Shown piece by piece: positions 1 to 6,304 of a DNA stretch of 30,934 bases. Made by a program: the position numbers and the translations under genes. The stretch is from a virus (taxonomy: Duplodnaviria; Caudoviricetes), in the IMG/VR virus record IMGVR_UViG_3300011339_000292, positions 1-30,934 of that record; one strand, 5' to 3'. A model generated the notes under the pieces. The model did no database searches. It worked only from the letters and a program-made list of their open reading frames with translations, and was not told the origin of the DNA. Position 1 is the stretch's first letter; each line of letters opens with the position of its first letter.

Positions 1-219
1 CCAGGCCGCGCAGGCGTGGCCGACCGCCTGGTTGTGCTACCTGGCGGGCGCGTCTGGTTTGTTGAACTTAAGGTTGCGGGCGGGCGCATGTCCGCGTTGC
101 AGCAGGTCTTTGCGGCCGACATGGCCGCGCTAGGCCAAAACTACACAGTACTCTGGAGTAAAGAAGATGCAACTACGTTCGTATCAAAACACTGCGGCAG
201 CGTTCCTGTACGAGCATGA
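1..219 (+). CDS. VRR-NUC domain nuclease (5' partial)
   Basis: Frame is open from base 1: PGRAGVADRLVVLPGGRVWFVELK..GGRMS..Q matches the VRR-NUC PD-(D/E)xK pattern; lies directly upstream of an SNF2 helicase as usual. Confidence 0.85.
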   Translation, partial: PGRAGVADRLVVLPGGRVWFVELKVAGGRMSALQQVFAADMAALGQNYTVLWSKEDATTFVSKHCGSVPVRA

Positions 220-1429
220 CCGGGCGATGATCCTCGCGCCGGTCGGTGCAGGCAAGACAGCTATCACGCTGACCGCCATGCGCGAGATGCTGCGCGACGG
301 CCACGCCAGTCGGTTTCTCGTGCTGGCGCCGAAGCGTGTGGCTGAACACGTCTGGCTGGAAGAGAAGGCGAAATGGGCGCCAGAGATTACGATGGCGGTC
401 GCCGTGGGCACCGCCAAGCAGCGCGCCGCTGCGCTGCGGGCGCCCGTGCAGGTGGTGGTGACCAACTACGAGAACCTGCCCACGGGCGGGTTTGACGGCG
501 TGGTGTTCGATGAGTTGACCAGGCTGAAGAACCCAAGCGGCCAACGGTTCAAGCTGCTGGAGAAGTTCTTGCGCGAGGTCAACATCCGATGGGGTCTGAC
601 CGGGTCGTTCACCAGCAACGGTCTAGAGGATGTCTTTGGCCAGTGCAAGATCATCGACACGGCGTTGCTGGGGCGGCTCAAAGGCGTTTTTCAGCAGCAG
701 TATTTCTCTTTGATCAACAAGGAGTTCAACCAGTGGGAGCCACGCGCCGGGGCGCTGGAGCAGGTCATGGAGCGCATCAAGCCGGCCACGTTCTTGCTTG
801 AGTCGTACACGCTGCCAGACCTGAACGTGGTCGAGGTGCGCTGCCGGATGGACTTGGCCAAGTACAAGCAGATGAAAAAGGACATGGTGTTGGAGTTTCC
901 CGACGCCCGTGCCATTGCGGTCAATGCTGGCGTGGTGACGGGCAAGCTCCAGCAGATGGCCTCAGGGTTCGTCTACGCCGACGGCGCGCCGCAGTGGATG
1001 TCGCCCCACAAGTTCGACGCGCTGGACGATCTGCTGGCCGAAAATCAACGCGCCAACACGCTCATCGCGTACAACTTTAAGGCCGAGTTGGCTGAACTGA
1101 AGCGGCGCTACCCGCACGCGCAGACGCTGGACGACGACAACGTCATCGAGCGGTGGAACAAGGGAGAGATCGAGCTACTACTGGTTCACCCCAAGAGCGC
1201 AGGCCACGGATTGAACCTACAGTACGGCGGCTGCAAGGTCGTGTTCTTGTCGCTGCCCTGGTCGTTGGAACTGTACGAGCAGACTATAGGCCGGCTGCAC
1301 CGCAGCGGCCAGGCGCATCCGGTCTGGGTCTACCTGATGATCACCGACAAGACGGTCGATGAGAAGATTTGGCGCGCATTGCGCGACAAGCGAACGATTT
1401 CTGACATAGCCATAGAGGAGTTGAAATGA
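167..1429 (+). CDS. SNF2-family (SF2) phage helicase
   Basis: LRSYQ Q-motif, Walker A GAGKT, VVFDE Walker B, LTGS motif III, GHGLNLQ motif V, QTIGRLHRSGQ motif VI. Confidence 0.93.
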   Translation: MQLRSYQNTAAAFLYEHDRAMILAPVGAGKTAITLTAMREMLRDGHASRFLVLAPKRVAEHVWLEEKAKWAPEITMAVAVGTAKQRAAALRAPVQVVVTNYENLPTGGFDGVVFDELTRLKNPSGQRFKLLEKFLREVNIRWGLTGSFTSNGLEDVFGQCKIIDTALLGRLKGVFQQQYFSLINKEFNQWEPRAGALEQVMERIKPATFLLESYTLPDLNVVEVRCRMDLAKYKQMKKDMVLEFPDARAIAVNAGVVTGKLQQMASGFVYADGAPQWMSPHKFDALDDLLAENQRANTLIAYNFKAELAELKRRYPHAQTLDDDNVIERWNKGEIELLLVHPKSAGHGLNLQYGGCKVVFLSLPWSLELYEQTIGRLHRSGQAHPVWVYLMITDKTVDEKIWRALRDKRTISDIAIEELK

Positions 1430-1617
1430 AGCTGACTTGGAGAAGCATGCATGAGGTGCTGACGAAATTGACAGAGGAAGAAGTGTTGAAGCTGTTGCAA
1501 GAAGAGCAGGCTGGCGCCAACCGCATCACCATTCTGCTGCGCCTGCACCAAAGGTATTGCGTCCTGCGCCTTGAGCGCGAGCGTATTCTGATCCTGCGCG
1601 GGGCGATGGCGGCATGA
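1426..1617 (+). CDS. hypothetical protein
   Basis: GAGGAG RBS, ATGA overlap with the helicase stop. Confidence 0.75.
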   Translation: MKLTWRSMHEVLTKLTEEEVLKLLQEEQAGANRITILLRLHQRYCVLRLERERILILRGAMAA

Positions 1618-1814
1618 AGAAACCGCCGAGCATTGGATGGTGGCCGACTGGGGGCCATAGCGTCAGTTGGTGGGACGGCAAGAACTGGAGATGGCCATGC
1701 TTAGATACGGACAGTCTGAAGACTGTGGTGCGATACAGCAGCAAGATCGACACCGCGAAGAACATCAAGTGGTATCCACGGCCAGACAACTGGCCCGACA
1801 GGAGCAAGACATGA
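1614..1814 (+). CDS. hypothetical Trp-rich protein
   Basis: ATGA coupling on both sides; PPSIGWWP and WWDGKNW motifs. Confidence 0.7.
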   Translation: MKKPPSIGWWPTGGHSVSWWDGKNWRWPCLDTDSLKTVVRYSSKIDTAKNIKWYPRPDNWPDRSKT

Positions 1815-1909
1815 GAGAAGAATATTTCTGCCGCGCTGCGGCCCGCCAGAGCCTGTTCTGTGCCGTTTGGATCGTCGCCCTAGTGGCGCTGATTGCGTGG
1901 TTGGCATGA
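1811..1909 (+). CDS. small membrane peptide (32 aa)
   Basis: AGGAG RBS, ATGA overlap, hydrophobic C-terminus AVWIVALVALIAWLA. Confidence 0.6.
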   Translation: MREEYFCRAAARQSLFCAVWIVALVALIAWLA

Positions 1910-2037
1910 CACACATTGGCTGGATGGTCAGTGAGTCAGGCGTTTGCATCCTGCTCACCAGGCGCCGCGAAGAGATGCAGTACTGGGTAGACCTCGGATG
2001 CGATGCGGTGCCGTTGTATGCGCTGCCCCCTGTGTAA
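1906..2037 (+). CDS. hypothetical protein (43 aa, not in ORF track)
   Basis: ATGA overlap; hand translation MTHIGWMVSESGVCILLTRRREEMQYWVDLGCDAVPLYALPPV. Confidence 0.55.
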   Translation: MTHIGWMVSESGVCILLTRRREEMQYWVDLGCDAVPLYALPPV

Positions 2038-2284
2038 CGCGCCGACCAGCGTGGTCTCAACGCGCCATCAACCTGACAACACAACCCGAAGGAGGATGAA
2101 TTGCTACAACAATCACAGATTCTCAACGGAGGAACGACCCGTCGTTTTCCCCGGACGCTCGACCAAGCATTCAACAGTGGGGCCGATTACGGCTGCTCCA
2201 TTGTCCACTACAGAAACCGCTGGTCATGGGTCAACCGAACCGCCGTCTGCGTTCTTTGCGCTTTGGCACTGGTGTGGGGAGTGA
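2018..2284 (+). CDS. NrdR-like N-terminal zinc-ribbon protein
   Basis: MRCPLCNAPTSVVSTR...RRRMNCYNNHRFSTEE resembles the NrdR ribbon MxCPxC..V..SR..RRRREC..C..RFTTxE; no ATP-cone follows. Confidence 0.7.
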   Translation: MRCPLCNAPTSVVSTRHQPDNTTRRRMNCYNNHRFSTEERPVVFPGRSTKHSTVGPITAAPLSTTETAGHGSTEPPSAFFALWHWCGE

Positions 2285-2298
2285 CGCTGTGGACTTGA
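2101..2298 (+). CDS. small protein with C-terminal TM helix, overlapping the zinc-ribbon ORF
   Basis: GGAGGA RBS at 2091-2096 before TTG; TRRFPRTLDQAF motif; hydrophobic C-terminus; stop overlaps the lysozyme start. Confidence 0.6.
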   Translation: MLQQSQILNGGTTRRFPRTLDQAFNSGADYGCSIVHYRNRWSWVNRTAVCVLCALALVWGVTLWT

Positions 2299-2711
2299 AA
2301 ACCCAACTACTGCGCGAAGAAGGCGCCGAGTCCTGCGCCTACCAAGACAGCTTGGGCTACTGGACGATCGGCGTAGGCCGGCTGATTGACTCGCGTAAGG
2401 GTGGCGGGTTGTCGAACGATGAGATCGACTTTCTGCTTGAAAACGATATCAAGACCAAGACCCGCGAGGTATTGTTGGCGTTGCCGTGGGTGCCCAGACT
2501 GTCCGAGCCGCGCCAGGCGGTGCTGATTGGCATGGCATTTCAGATGGGCATCGGCGGACTGCTCAAGTTCAAGCGCACCATTGGCAGCATCGAGGATGGA
2601 CAGTACACCGAGGCCGCAGCAGAGATGCTGGACAGCGCCTGGGCGCGGCAGACGCCAGCACGAGCGCATCGCATGGCGCTACAAATGGAGACGGGCGAAT
2701 GGATCCCCTGA
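2289..2711 (+). CDS. endolysin, T4-lysozyme-like (GH24)
   Basis: EEG-x5-YQD-x2-GYWTIGVG gives the E-x8-D-x5-T catalytic pattern; MAFQMG and DSAWARQTPARA motifs; GTG start after GGGGAG. Confidence 0.93.
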   Translation: MDLKTQLLREEGAESCAYQDSLGYWTIGVGRLIDSRKGGGLSNDEIDFLLENDIKTKTREVLLALPWVPRLSEPRQAVLIGMAFQMGIGGLLKFKRTIGSIEDGQYTEAAAEMLDSAWARQTPARAHRMALQMETGEWIP

Positions 2712-3061
2712 CCGCTGCGCTGGACGCAGGCAAGACGATCATCGACAAGATATGGCCTGACGCTGGTGAGGCCGAGCGCCAGAAGGTGCAGATGGCATTG
2801 GCCATCTACGCCGGCAAGGTTGAGATCGTCAAGGCGGAAGCGCAGTCCGAGCATTGGATTGTGGCGGCCTGGCGACCAGTCCTGATGTTGACCTTCGGTG
2901 GGCTGATCGTTGCCCGTTGGCTGGGTTGGTCTGCGCCCAACATCACAGAGGCAGAGATTTTGAAACTCTGGGGCATCGTGGAGTTCGGACTTGGCGGCTA
3001 CGTCGTTGGGCGTAGCGTTGAGAAAGTTGTGCCAGCTATAGCGGGAGCGTTGAAGAAATGA
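2699..3061 (+). CDS. holin (GTA 3TM-like)
   Basis: IIDKIWPD, AEAQS-x-HW-x3-WRP, TM segments and LGGYVVGRSVEK; adjacent to the endolysin. Confidence 0.85.
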   Translation: MDPLTAALDAGKTIIDKIWPDAGEAERQKVQMALAIYAGKVEIVKAEAQSEHWIVAAWRPVLMLTFGGLIVARWLGWSAPNITEAEILKLWGIVEFGLGGYVVGRSVEKVVPAIAGALKK

Positions 3062-3264
3062 ACGAACGAATCCGAATATTTATGGAAGGCTACTTTGACA
3101 TTACGGTTGATAGTCACGGGCGAGAGGAATGCACTGCCGACTACATCAACGTGCAGAAATTCGCCGACCTCATCATTATGGAATGCGCCGAGTTGAGTGT
3201 TGGTTATACAGGCAACGTGAAGCTCCTGATAATGAACCATTTCGGGATGGAACCCCATGAATGA
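3058..3264 (+). CDS. small paralog 1 (MNERI..KFAxLI..EC..HFG family)
   Basis: ATGA coupling; motifs shared with the next two ORFs. Confidence 0.75.
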   Translation: MNERIRIFMEGYFDITVDSHGREECTADYINVQKFADLIIMECAELSVGYTGNVKLLIMNHFGMEPHE

Positions 3265-3451
3265 ACGAATTACTCAGCTTGCTGTACAAGCTGGTTTTGT
3301 ATTAATACGAGATGAATATCTATTCACCGAAATGATGGAAAAGTTTGCCAAGTTGATTGTGTTGGAATGCGCCCGAGTAGTAAAGGCAAGTAGCCCTAAC
3401 GGAATGATTGGGGTAACTGCCATACGGATTCATTTTGGAGTTGATCCATGA
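3257..3451 (+). CDS. small paralog 2
   Basis: MNERITQLA.QAG...EKFAKLIVLECA...HFGVDP. Confidence 0.75.
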   Translation: MNERITQLAVQAGFVLIRDEYLFTEMMEKFAKLIVLECARVVKASSPNGMIGVTAIRIHFGVDP

Positions 3452-3675
3452 ACCCCATAATCAAACAGCTAGCCGAGCAGGCTGGCATGAACATTAAAAC
3501 GAACGTCATAGGCACGGCGTTGGTGTTTGGCACGTTTGAGGGGTACAAAACCTCGCATATTACTACCGAGGAGTTGGAGAAGTTTGCTGAACTTATCGTC
3601 AGAGACTGCGCTGGTTACATACATGGGCATGAGCTATTCACTGCATTGTTAAACCGATATGGAGTTGAGCCATGA
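3448..3675 (+). CDS. small paralog 3
   Basis: MNPIIKQLAEQAG...EKFAELIVRDCA...RYGVEP. Confidence 0.75.
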   Translation: MNPIIKQLAEQAGMNIKTNVIGTALVFGTFEGYKTSHITTEELEKFAELIVRDCAGYIHGHELFTALLNRYGVEP

Positions 3676-3896
3676 AGTTAGTAGACAAAGTAACAATTCT
3701 TAGTACCACAACAACTCTAGACCTCGACGTAGGGCGCGTATTGCAAGCAGCCATTGACGCCAAGCTAAGACAGGTGTGGGTAATCGGTGAGGACGCGGAT
3801 GGTGGTTTGTATTTTGCCTCCTCAGTATCTGACGGCGGTAATGCGCTGTGGTGGATGGAAAAAGCGAAGCGCGCACTGATGGAGATATCGGAATGA
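3672..3896 (+). CDS. hypothetical protein
   Basis: GGAG RBS, ATGA coupling, globular-looking sequence. Confidence 0.75.
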   Translation: MKLVDKVTILSTTTTLDLDVGRVLQAAIDAKLRQVWVIGEDADGGLYFASSVSDGGNALWWMEKAKRALMEISE

Positions 3897-4099
3897 CACC
3901 GCCCGGATGGGGAAGAACAATGAGTGAAGACAAATGTGGCGAAACGTGTAAACGAGCCAACCTATGCTATGCCTGCTCAAGGGAGTTGGGTGGGTGGCAG
4001 GGGCTGACGCTTGAAGACATAGACGATATTGGAGTCAGCAAGGATTGGGTCTATGGCGCACGGTGGGCAGAAGCTAAACTTAAGGAGAAAAACACATGA
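3893..4099 (+). CDS. hypothetical Cys-containing protein ending EAKLKEKNT
   Basis: ATGA overlap at 3893 (alternative start 3920); CxxxC-x5-CxxC; WQGLT motif. Confidence 0.65.
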   Translation: MTPPGWGRTMSEDKCGETCKRANLCYACSRELGGWQGLTLEDIDDIGVSKDWVYGARWAEAKLKEKNT

Positions 4100-4344
4100 A
4101 TTGGCTACCAGAACACAAATGCGGCCTACACTTGTCACACAACGAACACCGAGATGTGTACGAAACGGTTGATGAGTTCTACGAAGCTGACGATTTTATC
4201 TCTCCAGAAGAGCGGCACGAAGCCGTGGCGAAGGATAGTGTGTGGGTTTTGCATTGGTATCCTGACACACCTATCGGGTTCATCCGTTTTGCCGCCTCTA
4301 CATTAGAAGCAATTGAAGCTAAACTACGCGAGAAGAACACATGA
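4096..4344 (+). CDS. hypothetical protein ending EAKLREKNT
   Basis: AAGGAG RBS, ATGA coupling, WYPDTPIG motif. Confidence 0.75.
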   Translation: MNWLPEHKCGLHLSHNEHRDVYETVDEFYEADDFISPEERHEAVAKDSVWVLHWYPDTPIGFIRFAASTLEAIEAKLREKNT

Positions 4345-4469
4345 GAAAATGGTGGTGCAGTTGGTTTCACGGCGGTGGTGAAATTAAACGTGATTGTTAC
4401 GACCGCATCAATTGGCAATGCAACAGGTGTAAACGCTGGGCTGACCCGGTGGAGGAGAAGGACACATGA
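4341..4469 (+). CDS. small C/H zinc-binding protein (42 aa, not in ORF track)
   Basis: Hand translation MRKWWCSWFHGGGEIKRDCYDRINWQCNRCKRWADPVEEKDT; C-x3-H...CxxC; ATGA coupling at both ends. Confidence 0.65.
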   Translation: MRKWWCSWFHGGGEIKRDCYDRINWQCNRCKRWADPVEEKDT

Positions 4470-4729
4470 CCGAAACCGAAAGAAACCTAGACCTACTGCT
4501 AGGTGATGCCCTAGCGGAGAACGACAAACTTAGCAAAGCAAATGCCTACCTTGTCAATGCAACAGCTTTCGCGCTGGCTGAAGTTGCTACTTTCAAGAAG
4601 CGACTCAAGTATCAAGACGATAGGGAAGGCCACATCGGTACGCATGGCCCCGACTGCTGGGGCTATGGCCCCAAGCACTACGACTGCGCCCTTAGACACA
4701 TCAACTCAATAACGGATGACGGAAAATGA
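4466..4729 (+). CDS. hypothetical coiled-coil protein with THGPDCW motif
   Basis: GGAGGAG RBS, ATGA coupling. Confidence 0.7.
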   Translation: MTETERNLDLLLGDALAENDKLSKANAYLVNATAFALAEVATFKKRLKYQDDREGHIGTHGPDCWGYGPKHYDCALRHINSITDDGK

Positions 4730-5010
4730 AATACGAAAAAGTTACACAACCTTGGCCTGACACGCACGGCCCCGACTGCTGGAGCTATGCAGCGCGGGCG
4801 GCGCAGGATAACGTAAAAAGCCCACCGCACTACAAGCAGGGGGCGATTGAGTGCATCGAGGCGATCCAGTCTGCGCTGACTGAAGAAGAGTTCCGTGGCT
4901 ACTGCAAGGGCAACGCCATGAAATACATCTGGCGCGAACGGCACAAGGGTGGAGCCGAATCTTTGCAAAAAGCGGCGTGGTATTTGGACTACATGATGCA
5001 GTGTGTGTGA
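4726..5010 (+). CDS. DUF3310 family protein (T7 gp1.7-like)
   Basis: DNVKSPPHY..G.IECIEAI...GYCKGNAMKYIWR..HKGG.ESLQKAAWYL. Confidence 0.88.
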   Translation: MKYEKVTQPWPDTHGPDCWSYAARAAQDNVKSPPHYKQGAIECIEAIQSALTEEEFRGYCKGNAMKYIWRERHKGGAESLQKAAWYLDYMMQCV

Positions 5011-5417
5011 TGCACCCTTACACCGAACTGTTGATGCACTTGGCATCAAACCTAGTCCGCGAGTACCCCAACGGCGTGAGCACGGTCGATATGCACCTGC
5101 GCATGGCGATCTCGCTAGACAAGACCCGCAAGATATTGTGCTTTGCTCGCAAAGCCAGCCTGCTGGGCGTGGCCGGCTCCGGCGTCACCGCTCGATGGGC
5201 ATCGCCTGAGCGGGCGGCAGAGCTAGACGCTGGGCGATGGACGAAGCGCAAGCTGCAGCATAAGGCTTGCAGAGATCGCAGGACAGCGAGGATCGCCGCC
5301 CGCCAGGCCGCGTCGGAACTGGCGCCAAGGCGGGTAGCGAAGCCGTTCAAACTTCATGCGCCCAACAGCGTGTGGCAACTAGCGGAGTTCCCATGCGACC
5401 CACAAAAGCGGCGATAG
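5010..5417 (+). CDS. hypothetical basic protein, possible winged helix
   Basis: TGATG coupling; STVDMHLRMAISLDKTRKIL is HTH-like; Arg-rich. Confidence 0.6.
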   Translation: MHPYTELLMHLASNLVREYPNGVSTVDMHLRMAISLDKTRKILCFARKASLLGVAGSGVTARWASPERAAELDAGRWTKRKLQHKACRDRRTARIAARQAASELAPRRVAKPFKLHAPNSVWQLAEFPCDPQKRR

Positions 5418-5614
5418 ACGCGATCCGCGAAGCCTACATGGCCGACGTCTTGACGATCAGAGCGCACATCTTGGCGCTCAATGATCCGCACTTAGAAGAT
5501 GCCTGGGCCGGCATCGAGACGTTTGCCGCCGTGGCGTTGCGGGTGATGGCGAAGACCAACCCGTCAAAGCTCAAGAGCGAGATGGTGACCGTTGGTATCT
5601 CGGCGCTACTATGA
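5393..5614 (+). CDS. hypothetical protein
   Basis: GGAG RBS before ATG 5393; ATGA overlap with the next gene. Confidence 0.6.
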   Translation: MRPTKAAIDAIREAYMADVLTIRAHILALNDPHLEDAWAGIETFAAVALRVMAKTNPSKLKSEMVTVGISALL

Positions 5615-5901
5615 GCAAGCTAGACCTAATAACTTTTCTTGCGCCTTTGGGCGTAAGTTCTGTCAACACCATCGTGTGCAACTTAGAAGCCACCGGGGAA
5701 GGCAATTTGCAGCGCCTTTTGCAATTCACGCGCAAAGACGTTTTGCAATGGCCCAACATGGGGCGCGTGCGGCTAGCAAGCCTTGAGGCGTTGTTGTCTG
5801 AGCGGGGGTTGCAGTTGGCTTATGGCCTGTCGACCTTGCCGTCCAGCTTGTCGAATATGCGCCCTAGCAGGTCGCGTATCTCTTTCAAGTCTGAGCGGTA
5901 A
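5611..5901 (+). CDS. stand-alone RNA polymerase alpha-CTD-like protein
   Basis: LLQFTRKDVLQWPNMGRVRLASLEALLSERGLQL aligns without gaps to the RpoA CTD segment [34 protein letters not shown] (recalled from memory). Confidence 0.72.
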   Translation: MSKLDLITFLAPLGVSSVNTIVCNLEATGEGNLQRLLQFTRKDVLQWPNMGRVRLASLEALLSERGLQLAYGLSTLPSSLSNMRPSRSRISFKSER

Positions 5902-6056
5902 TCGTCCCGTGTCACATAGGTCTTAGGTAGCTCGACCGACAGGCGGGTAAGGTCGGCTTGGAGCAGCTTGACCGAGGACCACAATTCCCTCGCAAACCAG
6001 CCGGTAACGGCGCAGGATATGCCGAGGCCGGTGTTGAACAGGGACTGGTAATCCAT
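5820..6056 (-). CDS. small membrane-anchored coiled-coil protein (holin/lysis-accessory-like)
   Basis: GAGGA RBS; N-terminal TM, then LPKTYVTRDDY...RIFDKLD; last gene of the late operon. Confidence 0.75.
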   Translation of the reverse strand: MDYQSLFNTGLGISCAVTGWFARELWSSVKLLQADLTRLSVELPKTYVTRDDYRSDLKEIRDLLGRIFDKLDGKVDRP

Positions 6057-6304
6057 CAGATCATCCTCGCAAGGAGTGGCACGGCCCCACCGGCGCAGGT
6101 TGCTAGGGCATCGAACCATTCTACGCCATGCGTGGGCCTCTCCGACCGTTGGTTGGAGAGCCAGTCGAGCACCTCCTTGCCCACTGCTGCGGCTACCACG
6201 AGGCCGTAGGCCGCGTCAGGCCGGCGCAGGACGGTTAGGGCGGCTAGGAAGATGAGCGCGCCGTAGATGGCGTGGTTGGCCTTATCTTGCGGGAGCGAGG
6301 GCAT
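6056..6304 (-). CDS. small membrane protein (VanZ/YfiM-like pattern)
   Basis: AAGGAG RBS; DKxxH..G, GKExxD and DxxAxxxG pattern with TM helices. Confidence 0.7.
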   Translation of the reverse strand: MPSLPQDKANHAIYGALIFLAALTVLRRPDAAYGLVVAAAVGKEVLDWLSNQRSERPTHGVEWFDALATCAGGAVPLLARMI

